Shown here piece by piece: positions 50,955 through 60,181 of a stretch of DNA of 64,000 nt (position 1 is its first letter; each line of letters opens with the position of its first letter). The stretch lies in assembly GCA_020630095.1 (NCBI GenBank), contig JAHDCD010000001.1, forward strand, positions 133,698-197,697. Direction: 5' to 3'. This DNA is from Rickettsiales bacterium (GTDB taxonomy: Bacteria; Pseudomonadota; Alphaproteobacteria; Rickettsiales; UBA8987). The notes below the pieces were generated by a model. That model was given only the letters and a program-made list of their open reading frames with translations. It was not told the DNA's origin and did not search any database. Position numbers and translations under genes: made by a program.

Positions 50955-51383
50955 ATGAAGAAAATTTTATTACCAATTTTTGTATTACTATTATTACCGG
51001 CATTTTCTAAGGCGGAAGCTATAGATATTTCTGGTGTATACTGGAATAAAGAGAAGGATGCACAAATATCTATTTATCCGAAAGAAGATGGTAAATTTTA
51101 TGGTTCAATTGTTTGGAATAAAACTCCAAAGAAAAGAGATGTTAATAACCCAGACCCCAATTTGCGTGATAGACCTGTTAGAGGTTTAGAGATTTTAAGC
51201 GGTTTTGAATATAACCCTAAAAATGGCAAATGGATTAATGGTAAGATTTATGATCCTAAGAAAGGAAAAACCTACAAATGTAAAATGTGGTTTAAAGATG
51301 GCAAGTCTAACGTGCTTAATATCCGTGGTTACATGGGCATTTCTTTAATTGGACGTACAAGTCAGTTCTATAAAATTAAGTAA
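50955..51383 (+). CDS. DUF2147-family secreted protein
   Basis: SGVYWNKEKDAQISIYPKEDGKFYGSIVW...NLRDRPVRGLEILSGFEY...GKIYDPKKGKTYKCKMWF. Confidence 0.85.
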   Translation: MKKILLPIFVLLLLPAFSKAEAIDISGVYWNKEKDAQISIYPKEDGKFYGSIVWNKTPKKRDVNNPDPNLRDRPVRGLEILSGFEYNPKNGKWINGKIYDPKKGKTYKCKMWFKDGKSNVLNIRGYMGISLIGRTSQFYKIK

Positions 51384-52011
51384 ATTGAAATTAGGTTTAT
51401 ACATAGTTGTCGTATTGAGCAGTTTAGCGCTGTTTTACTTCTACCCTGAAGTTGACCTAAAGCTTTCGCAATTTATTTATAATAAATTAGATGGGTTTTT
51501 GCCTGAAACCTTTCCGATTACTTTGGTAAGTTATATATTGTGGGGAGTTATATTGCTCTTCTTACTTATTGTACCAACTTATATGGCCTATAAATATAGT
51601 TGGAAGATATTATTAATACCAATTTTAACTGTTTTTATAATTCATATTATTCCTGAATATGCTTTTAAACAGCAGTGGGAGCGCCCTCGTCCGGTTGAGG
51701 TAATACAGTTTGGTGGCGATGAGTTATTTGAATCTATTTACGAAGTTGAAGCTGGTATAAAAGTTCCGGAGACTATTAAGTCTGAGTCTAATAATTCTTT
51801 TATATCTCGTCATACTTTAGCGGCAGCTTACGTTGTGATTATATTTGGTGGCTTCACGCCAATTGGAAGCTTTTTGCTTTTGTTAGTTATTCTATCTAGG
51901 CTTGTTACGGGGAATCATTTTATTTCAGATTGCATTTTTGCGGTTCTTTTAATATACCCTCTTACATTCGCGGATATGCGTAAAAGAATTAATAAAGAAA
52001 ACACAGAATAA
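51349..52011 (+). CDS. PAP2-superfamily membrane phosphatase
   Basis: QQWERPRPVEV...SFISRHTLAAAYVVI...LSRLVTGNHFISDCIFAVLL. The start is likely downstream of 51349 since the track ORF overlaps the previous gene. Confidence 0.8.
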   Translation: MDVQVSSIKLSKLKLGLYIVVVLSSLALFYFYPEVDLKLSQFIYNKLDGFLPETFPITLVSYILWGVILLFLLIVPTYMAYKYSWKILLIPILTVFIIHIIPEYAFKQQWERPRPVEVIQFGGDELFESIYEVEAGIKVPETIKSESNNSFISRHTLAAAYVVIIFGGFTPIGSFLLLLVILSRLVTGNHFISDCIFAVLLIYPLTFADMRKRINKENTE

Positions 52012-52013
52012 AA

Positions 52014-52538
52014 ATGAATATAGATAAAATCTCAATTGGTAAAAATGCACCTTCAGACGTTAACGTAGTTATCGAAATTCCTCAGAATGCTCCGGGTGTT
52101 AAATATGAAGTAGATAAAGACTCAGGCGCTGTTTTTGTGGACAGATTCCTTTCTGCGCCAATGTTTTACCCATGTAATTATGGTTTTATTCCTAATACTC
52201 TTTCTGGAGATGGTGACCCTGTAGATGTTCTTGTGGTTGCTCCTTATGAGATTGCTGTTGGTGCGGTTCTTCGTTCGCGCCCTATTGGTGTATTGGTTAT
52301 GGAAGATGAAGATGGTCAGGATGAAAAGATTCTTGCTGTTCCAGCTGATAAAATGACTCCGCTTTATAAAGATGTTAAGTCTTATAAAGATTTACCGCCA
52401 CTTTTAATTGAACAAATTACTCACTTCTTTGAGCGCTATAAAGATTTAGAGAAGAATAAATGGGTTAAAGTTAAAGAATGGGGTAATGCTGAAGATGCTG
52501 AAAAGATGATTCTTGAAGGTATCGCCCGCGCTAAATAG
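52014..52538 (+). CDS. ppa: Inorganic pyrophosphatase
   Basis: VVIEIPQNAPGVKYEVDKDSGAVFVDRFL; YGFIPNTLSGDGDPVDVLV. Confidence 0.97.
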   Translation: MNIDKISIGKNAPSDVNVVIEIPQNAPGVKYEVDKDSGAVFVDRFLSAPMFYPCNYGFIPNTLSGDGDPVDVLVVAPYEIAVGAVLRSRPIGVLVMEDEDGQDEKILAVPADKMTPLYKDVKSYKDLPPLLIEQITHFFERYKDLEKNKWVKVKEWGNAEDAEKMILEGIARAK

Positions 52539-52541
52539 TTG

Positions 52542-52755
52542 AATTTTCCAGAATATAGAAAATTTATTTTATTCTAAAAATTTTAAAAAATAATATTTAG
52601 AGGCTGGAATCTAAAAAAATCTTTATATTTCAATAGACCTTAGGATTTATCCTATAAAAAATGGTTTAAAAAACGTTCAAAAATGGGCGTTTTTTAACAA
52701 AAAATGACGATTTTTTTAATAAAATCATACATTCCTTTTTGGTTATTCACGATGT
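52542..52755. repeat. Diverged AT-rich dispersed intergenic element, copy B
   Basis: Ordered conserved blocks shared with 21882-22106. Confidence 0.6.
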
Positions 52756-52798
52756 TGAGTTGATATTATCACGTAGAATATACTCCGGAAGTGATGTA

Positions 52799-53539
52799 TT
52801 AATTGCTCTTCTTGGCGTTTTGTTTAAGTAGAACTTTTGAGGTGAAATAGCCTTTTTCTTTAGTTTCTGAAATGGTCTTTTTATTTACGCTTTTTTCTTT
52901 CGTTGAATCTGATTTGCGCTTATAGGTATTTTCCTTTGCTGTTATAATATAGCCGCCTTTAGATTCTGAAATTTTATCATTTAATTCAATGGTTAAGGTG
53001 AATTTCTTAACGCCTTTTCCGGATTTATATTTCTTGCCATAAATCATAATATGCAATGCGTTACGTGCTGGAATTGACCTTTGAGGATATTGTTCTTGCA
53101 GTTCTTGTAAGTCTGATTCAGCTTCTTCAATGGTTTTGTAGATATAACCGGATTCAACTTTACGTAATATGGGGTGAAGCCAGTCTGGGTGTTGCTTGCT
53201 GGTATCGTAACGCTTCATTGGGTGGATAGATAGTTTTGCTTCAAGTTTTTTTACTTTAAAGCCCCATTTTTTATCTTTTAATGGCGCTATATCAATAGTG
53301 GCGTAATTACCGTAAAAGCCTTTTTGAGACTCTTCTTTTGTTACGTTATATTCTTTTATCCAGATTATTAGGGTATCTTCATCTTCTGTGTTTAGCTTAG
53401 ATGTTATGAAGCGTTTGCGAATGTCCAGCAATGTGTTTTTGGCATCTTGTTTGCTTAGAAAACTATATCTATTTTCTACTATGGCGGCAATTTTAGGATG
53501 CTTTATGTAGGCGTAAACTGGTTTCATGCAGTTTAACAA
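52799..53539 (-). CDS. Hypothetical protein (246 aa)
   Basis: Long open frame; Lys-rich; no family recognised. Confidence 0.55.
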   Translation of the reverse strand: MLNCMKPVYAYIKHPKIAAIVENRYSFLSKQDAKNTLLDIRKRFITSKLNTEDEDTLIIWIKEYNVTKEESQKGFYGNYATIDIAPLKDKKWGFKVKKLEAKLSIHPMKRYDTSKQHPDWLHPILRKVESGYIYKTIEEAESDLQELQEQYPQRSIPARNALHIMIYGKKYKSGKGVKKFTLTIELNDKISESKGGYIITAKENTYKRKSDSTKEKSVNKKTISETKEKGYFTSKVLLKQNAKKSN

Positions 53540-53638
53540 TATTAGGTATAATTTAATAAAAGGTTAAGAAAATTAAGAAATAGCACCTCCCCCGTGAGGG
53601 GAAGATGCTACCAAAAAAATGAAAATAAGGCTGTGTGG

Positions 53639-54127
53639 TTAGTTTCTAACTAGGTCAGTACTAAGCACTGGAAGCTTAAAAATTAATTTATAAGTTCCAT
53701 TAGCCTTTTTTATAACGCTAAAACCCTCAATCTCTACTGCGTACAGAAGAATATCCAATAATATGGAAAGCTCTGTAATCTCAATAGAGTGAGTTCTACC
53801 TTCAGTTTCGTAATGAAAGCGAACGGATCGTATTTGTTGTACGATGGGTTCTTCATTATTAACCTTAACAAAGGCCGACGAGGCGTTATCCTTGAGCAGA
53901 AGCCCGATTACGTTCTCGTTGTCGGTTTGAGTTATCTTGATTGAATCAAGACCTTCTTCCATCTCGAAAGATTGGAAGTAGAAAAACTTCCCCGATGTTG
54001 TTTCAATGCGAATAAGAGGCTCTCCCTCAAATGCATTGGTTGCGGTAGTTGTGGCGTTGGCGTTATTTGTGGCGACTCCGAAAAGTGCCACGATAATGGC
54101 TGCTGCGAACGAGTTATTCAATTTCAT
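53639..54127 (-). CDS. Secreted hypothetical protein
   Basis: Signal peptide MKLNNSFAAAIIVALFGVATNNANA. Confidence 0.6.
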   Translation of the reverse strand: MKLNNSFAAAIIVALFGVATNNANATTTATNAFEGEPLIRIETTSGKFFYFQSFEMEEGLDSIKITQTDNENVIGLLLKDNASSAFVKVNNEEPIVQQIRSVRFHYETEGRTHSIEITELSILLDILLYAVEIEGFSVIKKANGTYKLIFKLPVLSTDLVRN

Positions 54128-54289
54128 TATACTTGTTTTGGTGTGTGTTTGTTGTTGTTATGAATTGTTTTACAACGGTTTACACGAACAAGCGAGAATC
54201 CACAACGGAGACTCACTTAAGTGAAAACGTTGTGAAAACAAGGTTAAGCCCCCATTATATCATATTGTGGTTAAGAAATAGTTAAGAAA

Positions 54290-54322
54290 AAAAACGCCCT
54301 CCAGAAAGGGGAGGACGTTTTC
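54290..54322. terminator. Hairpin terminator-like structure
   Basis: AAAACGCCCTCC - AGAAAG - GGGAGGACGTTTT. Confidence 0.55.
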
Positions 54323-54607
54323 GGTCTGTATTTTTAAGTTCTTTTTATCGAACAGCGCAATTAAGGCAGGTTACAGAAAACCAATTCCTTCCTAGTTAGG
54401 GTAAACTATTACAGGAAGAAAATCCTTAGCCACTACAGCTATCGTACCAATGACGATAATGGGGCCAAGGATTGTACTGGCTGCTAGGCACAAAATAAAA
54501 AACCATGCACAAAACCTTAGGTTTGATAAATAATTCCCAAACCATAGATGGATAAAGCGAAATGAACCTTTATTATACCCTAAAAAGGTTGATATAGGGT
54601 TAACTTA

Positions 54608-56134
54608 TTACTTTTCGTAATAGTCGCGTACCATGCGGTCAATTAAGCGTACGCCATAGCCGGATGCTCCCCAAGGGTAAACATCTTCGCCCTTTTCTTT
54701 CCATTCAACGCCGGCGATATCTAAATGCGCCCAAGGTACATCATTTACGAAGCGTTGTAAGAATTGCGCTGCAGTGATTGAGCCGCCGCCATAGCCGTTA
54801 GAAATATTCTGTACGTCTGCGGTTTTAGAGTCGATCATTTTATCGTACTCATCACCCATTGGTAAGCGCCATGTGCGTTCCCCTGAATCTTGTCCCGCTT
54901 TGGTGATGTTTTCTGATAGTTCATCGTTATTTGAGAATAAACCAGAGTAATGATTAGCTAATGATACTACGATTGCGCCGGTTAGAGTTGCAAAGTCTAT
55001 CATGAATTTTGGCTTATATTTATCCTGCGTATACCAAAGGGCATCAGCAAGGACTAGTCTACCTTCGGCATCGGTGTTTAATATCTCGATAGTTTGACCG
55101 GACATTGATTTTACAACGTCCGATGGGCGAGAAGCGTTACCATCTGGCATATTTTCAACTAATCCGATAACGCCGATAGCGTTAACTTTAGCTTTACGTG
55201 ATGCTAGTGCCTTCATAATGCCGCATACCACGCCGGAGCCTGCCATGTCGTATTTCATATCTTCCATGCCTTTAGATGGTTTTAGTGAAATTCCGCCGGT
55301 ATCGAAAGTTACGCCTTTACCAACGAATGCAAGTGGAGCATCGTTTTTAGGGCCGTTTTCATATTTCATTATAACTAGTTGAGACTCTTTAGTTGAGCCC
55401 ATACCTACGGATAATAATGAGCCCATGCCTAGTTTACGCATTTCGCGCTCGCCTAGTACTTCAACTTTTACGCCTAGTCCGCGTAGTTCAGCCTTTACTA
55501 TATCAGAGTAATGTTCTGGGTATAAAATGTTAGGTGGCTCAGAAACTACATCACGCGTTAGGAATACACCTTCATTTACGGCGTGTTGGTCTTGGAATAT
55601 ACTCTCAGCTTCTTCATTATCTTGTGTGAAGAAGTTTAATGACGTTACGGTATTTTCTTTATCATCTAATTTTTTAGTGAAATACTTATTGAATTTATAT
55701 GAACCTAATTCTGCACCAGATGCTGCGTAAGCAGATATTTTAGCTGAAGAGATTCCATTTATAGATACATCACCTAAAGCTGTTACGTTTTCTAGTTTTT
55801 TACCGTTGGCGCATTGTGCAATTTTGCCACCTAGTTTCTCGGCATCTAGTAATGAGAATTTTTCGTCATCTTTTTTATGCGTGCCAATCAGTACAATTAA
55901 GCCATTTTTGGGGGTGTATATGTCTAATTTACCGCCGAATTTGGCTTTAAACTCACGATTTTTAATGGCTGATGTGATAATTCCGTCATTATCGCCGTCA
56001 ATCTTTTGTAAGCCTGAGGGTAATTCTGATACATCTTCTACTAAAATATAAGATGCTGATTTATCTTCATTATTTGGTTTGTAATCTTTTATGTTCTGTA
56101 GCGTAATCTTCATAAGACAACACTTAAGCCCCAT
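54608..56134 (-). CDS. pepA: Leucyl aminopeptidase (M17)
   Basis: VGKGVTFDTGGISLKPSKGMEDMKYDMAGSGVVCGI; NTDAEGRLVLADALWY. Confidence 0.96.
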   Translation of the reverse strand: MGLKCCLMKITLQNIKDYKPNNEDKSASYILVEDVSELPSGLQKIDGDNDGIITSAIKNREFKAKFGGKLDIYTPKNGLIVLIGTHKKDDEKFSLLDAEKLGGKIAQCANGKKLENVTALGDVSINGISSAKISAYAASGAELGSYKFNKYFTKKLDDKENTVTSLNFFTQDNEEAESIFQDQHAVNEGVFLTRDVVSEPPNILYPEHYSDIVKAELRGLGVKVEVLGEREMRKLGMGSLLSVGMGSTKESQLVIMKYENGPKNDAPLAFVGKGVTFDTGGISLKPSKGMEDMKYDMAGSGVVCGIMKALASRKAKVNAIGVIGLVENMPDGNASRPSDVVKSMSGQTIEILNTDAEGRLVLADALWYTQDKYKPKFMIDFATLTGAIVVSLANHYSGLFSNNDELSENITKAGQDSGERTWRLPMGDEYDKMIDSKTADVQNISNGYGGGSITAAQFLQRFVNDVPWAHLDIAGVEWKEKGEDVYPWGASGYGVRLIDRMVRDYYEK

Positions 56135-56279
56135 TTATTGAAATAATCAAGTGAGAAAAAATTAAATATTAATTATTTTAACGGTTGACAATGGGGGCGC
56201 TGTAGCCAATGCTTTCTAGGCCCTCGCACTGGTGCGGAGCATATATTTTCAACTAATAAACATAATCTAAGGAGATAAA

Positions 56280-57455
56280 ATGTTAAAAAAATTATTACTT
56301 ACTACAGCTATTGCTACTATTGCAGTATCTGCTTCTGCTGGTGAGAGAGATAGCTCTTTCGGTACGCACACAGGTTCACACCTAAATAACGACTTCCACT
56401 CTGGAACTGGTTTCTTTAACGGCGGTATCAGAGGTGGTTCTTCTGCTTCAGCTCAAGCTGAAACTTGGAATGCTTCTTACGAAACTCAAGAAGTTGCTAC
56501 AACTACTTCTTACGAAGCTCCTGTAGCTGCTACAACGTACACTACAACTACTACAGCATCTGCTTCAACTGGTTCTTTTGGTTCTTCTAACCAAGGTCCT
56601 GTTAATGCAAGAGCTGGTGAGTGTTTCGCTAAAATTAAAACTCCAGAAGTAACTAAAGTTGTTAAAGAGCAAGTTCTTGCTACTGAAGCTTCTGAGTCTG
56701 TTTCAATTATTCCTGCACAGTACGAATATGTTGAGCAAGAAATCGTTGTTAAAGAAGCGTCTGAAGAGTTAATCACTATTCCTGCTACTTACACAACTGT
56801 TACTGAAGAAATCGTTGTTCAGCCAGCTCGTGAAGAGTTAGTTACTGTTCCTGCTCAATACGAAACTATTTCTGAGCAAGTATTAGTTCGTCCTGAAACT
56901 ACACAGTGGAAGAAAGGTCGTGGCCCATTAGAAAAAGCTAATGAAATCACTGGTGAAATCATGTGCTTAGTTACTACTCCAGCTCAGTACAAAACTGTTA
57001 CTAGAAAAGTAGTATCTTCTCCAGCTACAACTCAAGCTCGTGTAATCCCAGCTCAAACTAAGACTATCACTAAGCAAGTTGTTGCTGAGCCAGCAAGAGT
57101 TGAAACTCGTGTAATCCCAGCTCAAACTAAGACTGTTAAAACACAAGTTCTAGTACAACCTGCACAAGAAGTTCGTACTCCAATCGAGCCTCAGTACAAA
57201 GAAGTACTTAAGACTGTTGTTGTTCAGCCTGGTGGTTTAGAGTGGAAGCAAATTCTATGTGAAACTAACACTACTGCTGGTGTTGTTAGAAAGATCCAGA
57301 ATGCTTTAGCTAACAAAGGTTACTACAAAGGACCAATTGATGGTATCTATGGTTCTCAAACTACAAATGCTGCTGCTAACTTCCAGCAAGATAACGGCAT
57401 GAGTGGTAACGGTATCACTTTTGAAACTTTAGAATTATTGGGTGTTAGCATCTAG
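56280..57455 (+). CDS. Secreted repeat protein with C-terminal peptidoglycan-binding (PG_binding_1) domain
   Basis: Signal peptide; repeated (V)IPAQ-K-T-T-VV-PA-E units; VVRKIQNALANKGYYKGPIDGIYGSQTTNAAANFQQDNG. Confidence 0.85.
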   Translation: MLKKLLLTTAIATIAVSASAGERDSSFGTHTGSHLNNDFHSGTGFFNGGIRGGSSASAQAETWNASYETQEVATTTSYEAPVAATTYTTTTTASASTGSFGSSNQGPVNARAGECFAKIKTPEVTKVVKEQVLATEASESVSIIPAQYEYVEQEIVVKEASEELITIPATYTTVTEEIVVQPAREELVTVPAQYETISEQVLVRPETTQWKKGRGPLEKANEITGEIMCLVTTPAQYKTVTRKVVSSPATTQARVIPAQTKTITKQVVAEPARVETRVIPAQTKTVKTQVLVQPAQEVRTPIEPQYKEVLKTVVVQPGGLEWKQILCETNTTAGVVRKIQNALANKGYYKGPIDGIYGSQTTNAAANFQQDNGMSGNGITFETLELLGVSI

Positions 57456-57480
57456 TTTCTTCTGAAACTTAAACTTAAGA

Positions 57481-57506
57481 GCCCAGTAAATTTACTGGGC
57501 TTTTTT
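57481..57506 (+). terminator. Rho-independent terminator
   Basis: Perfect 10-bp inverted repeat GCCCAGTAAATTTACTGGGC followed by TTTTTT. Confidence 0.9.
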
Positions 57507-57604
57507 GTATCTGCTGAGATGTTTTATGTTTATGTTGATGTTTGTGTGAGTTTTTTTCTTGAAACTCTAAACCCTTACAGCTAGAACCTAACATCTAACA
57601 GTTT

Positions 57605-57678
57605 GGCCCGGTAGCAAAGTGGTAATGCAGGGGATTGCAAATCCTCGATCGTCGGTTCGATTCCGTCCCGGGCCTCCA
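57605..57678 (+). tRNA. tRNA-Cys (GCA)
   Basis: GGCCCGGTAGCAAAGTGGTAATGCAGGGGATTGCAAATCCTCGATCGTCGGTTCGATTCCGTCCCGGGCCTCCA. Confidence 0.96.
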
Positions 57679-57868
57679 TAAGGATTAGTTTTCCTTTATA
57701 TATTTTATCAGATTTTCATTTGATTGCGACTGCTCGCCGCGGGGCGTCGGTTCGATTTCGTCCCGGGCCTCCATAAGGATTAGTTTTCCTTTATATATTT
57801 TATCAGATTTTCATTTGATTGCGACTGCTCGCCGCGGGGCGTCGGTTCGATTTCGTCCCGGGCCTCCA
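57679..57868 (+). repeat. Two identical 95-bp tandem units downstream of tRNA-Cys, each ending in a 28-nt copy of the tRNA 3' end
   Basis: Units 57679-57773 and 57774-57868; each ends GTCGGTTCGATTTCGTCCCGGGCCTCCA, one mismatch to the tRNA. Confidence 0.96.
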
Positions 57869-58013
57869 TTTTCTTTCTTTTGAAGTTTTTAATATATCGG
57901 CTTGTATAGCAGTTGTTTCTAGTGGGCGTTGGTTTGAGTTCGTCCTGAGTCTTTTAAGTTAATTTTTTAAGGGGTTATTTAGCTATTATGGCTACTTGCT
58001 GCGTCTAATGGTT

Positions 58014-58319
58014 TTAAATAGTTGATGTTTGTCTGTCTATGTCCCATTCACCTAAGCCTGTAATCTCTGGTGCTCTCATATTGGAGGCTTGACCGTCATA
58101 TAAATCTGTATTTATTTCTAAAAGGGTATCGATGTCTTTTTGTATTTCATCTAATTCAGATAATTCGCACTGCTCAATTCTTTCTATTAAATCTTCATAT
58201 GCGGAAATATCATCTTCAGAGACTTTGCCGTCAGCTAATAATTCTAATAGAGGTTGCCTGATTTCGATTTTAGCTACCTCTATTTTTGCTAGTTCGGCCG
58301 TTGAGGGTTCGTAATTCAT
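58014..58319 (-). CDS. Hypothetical protein (101 aa)
   Basis: Open frame just upstream-oriented with zapE; acidic. Confidence 0.5.
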   Translation of the reverse strand: MNYEPSTAELAKIEVAKIEIRQPLLELLADGKVSEDDISAYEDLIERIEQCELSELDEIQKDIDTLLEINTDLYDGQASNMRAPEITGLGEWDIDRQTSTI

Positions 58320-58353
58320 AAGTTAATTATACAAGTAGTTTATTAAAATAAGG

Positions 58354-59430
58354 TTAATTATTTAGCATTTCATTTAATCGTGATAATGTACGTTTGAATT
58401 CGAAGGATAGTTTGCCTTCTTCTTTGTAGATGTCTTTTAAATCTACTTCGCTTGAGATAAGTATTTCTACTTTTGCTTCATAAGCTACATCAATAAAATT
58501 AATGAAGCGACGAACTAGATTGGTATTATCTATCGATAATTGCTTTAAATTGCTTAAAAAAATTATGTTATATTTCTCGCATATTTTTTTATAATCAGCG
58601 GCGGATAAATTACGTTCGCATAATTCATTAAAATTAGTCCAAAGTAGATTTTCGTAAGTACGCTCAAATACCACGCCGCGCGTTTCGGATACTTTTACAG
58701 ATTCCTTATAGGGTATTTTAGAATTTGTTAGGCGCTTAAATACGTCAAATAGAAACTCCCTGCCCTCTAGGCGCTCACCGATGAATAATTTGTCAGTCGG
58801 TTTTTTATTCTTTTTGCGATAATCAGATTCGCTTTGAAGAGCTAAGACATCATTCTTTTCTTTTAAAAGTTCAATGAAGGGTAGGAAGCGGGTTCTGTTT
58901 AAGCCGTCTTTGTATAATTCATCTGGTACGCGGTTGGAGGTTGCTACCATTACTATGCCATGTTTATAGAGCTTCTTAAATAGACGCCCTAGAATCATAG
59001 CATCGGCTATATCTGTTACTTGGAATTCATCAAAACAGATAAGTAAGTAGCGCTTTGCCAGCATTTTAGCGACCTTTTTAAGGTCTTTTTCTATGCGCAA
59101 TTGTGCGTGTATCATTTCCATGAATTCGTGGAAGTGGATGCGTACTTTATTTTCTATATCTATGCTGTCGTAGAAGATATCCATTAGCATAGACTTACCG
59201 CGTCCTACATCACCCCAGATATATAGACCGTGTGGTTGTTGCAGGTGGAAAAAGCGATTGAGTAAAGAGCCTTTCTTCTTATTATAGGGTATAAGTTCCT
59301 CGCCCAGAGTAACTAGTTTTTCTAATACTCTTATTTGATGAGGGTCTTCGTGAAGCTCACCTGAGCGTACTTTATTTAGATATTTCTCAAGCACTATGAT
59401 TGTAATACGAACAAAGGCAGATTTAAGCAA
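58354..59430 (-). CDS. zapE: AFG1-like ATPase / cell division protein ZapE
   Basis: PHGLYIWGDVGRGKSMLMDIFYDS; LICFDEFQVTDIADAMILGRLF; VATSNRVPDELYKDGLNR. Confidence 0.95.
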   Translation of the reverse strand: MLKSAFVRITIIVLEKYLNKVRSGELHEDPHQIRVLEKLVTLGEELIPYNKKKGSLLNRFFHLQQPHGLYIWGDVGRGKSMLMDIFYDSIDIENKVRIHFHEFMEMIHAQLRIEKDLKKVAKMLAKRYLLICFDEFQVTDIADAMILGRLFKKLYKHGIVMVATSNRVPDELYKDGLNRTRFLPFIELLKEKNDVLALQSESDYRKKNKKPTDKLFIGERLEGREFLFDVFKRLTNSKIPYKESVKVSETRGVVFERTYENLLWTNFNELCERNLSAADYKKICEKYNIIFLSNLKQLSIDNTNLVRRFINFIDVAYEAKVEILISSEVDLKDIYKEEGKLSFEFKRTLSRLNEMLNN

Positions 59431-60181
59431 TTACTTAAATGATAATGCTAATCCTGTATTTGTTCCAACTATGGGTGCGTTACATGATGCGCATCTTTCG
59501 TTGGTGGAAAAGGCTAAAGAATTTTCTAATAATATATTGGTTTCGATATTTGTTAACCCGCTACAGTTTAATAATGAAGGGGATTTAAAGCATTACCCAA
59601 GAACTGAAGGTGAGGATATAGCAAAGCTTGAGGAGCAAGGTTTAGCGAAAGCCGTTTTTATACCGTCTGTTGATGAGCTATATGAGAATAATGTAGATAA
59701 TTTTGAGGTGAATATTAACCCTAAAATTGGCAAGGTTTTATGCGGTGCTCATCGTGATGGGCATTTTGAAGGTGTGTGTAAAGTGTTGATGGTTTTTAAT
59801 GATTTAATTAAGCCATCAAATTTAATATTAGGCGCTAAAGATTACCAGCAACTCTTTGTAATCAGTAGGTTGTTTGAAGAGTTTAACTTTAACACTGAAG
59901 TTATTGGCGCGCCATTGATGCGTGAAGATGATGGGCTTGCAATGTCTAGCCGTAATTTACGCTTAACTGATAATGGGCGCAAGATTGCGCCTGAGATTTA
60001 TAGATCTTTAACTAATATAGCATCGGATAAATTAACTATAGAGAGTGAGGCTAAGCGTTTAACTGAACTTGGTTTTGAAATTGATTATTTTGAAGTGCGT
60101 AATTTAAGTGGTAAACAAAATAGGATTTTCATTGCAGCGTTTATTGATGGAGTTAGGTTGATAGATAATTTAGAGATATGA
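59396..60181 (+). CDS. panC: Pantothenate synthetase
   Basis: VPTMGALHDAHLSLVEKAKEF; LGAKDYQQLFVISRL; MREDDGLAMSSRN. Confidence 0.96.
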   Translation: MIVIRTKADLSNYLNDNANPVFVPTMGALHDAHLSLVEKAKEFSNNILVSIFVNPLQFNNEGDLKHYPRTEGEDIAKLEEQGLAKAVFIPSVDELYENNVDNFEVNINPKIGKVLCGAHRDGHFEGVCKVLMVFNDLIKPSNLILGAKDYQQLFVISRLFEEFNFNTEVIGAPLMREDDGLAMSSRNLRLTDNGRKIAPEIYRSLTNIASDKLTIESEAKRLTELGFEIDYFEVRNLSGKQNRIFIAAFIDGVRLIDNLEI

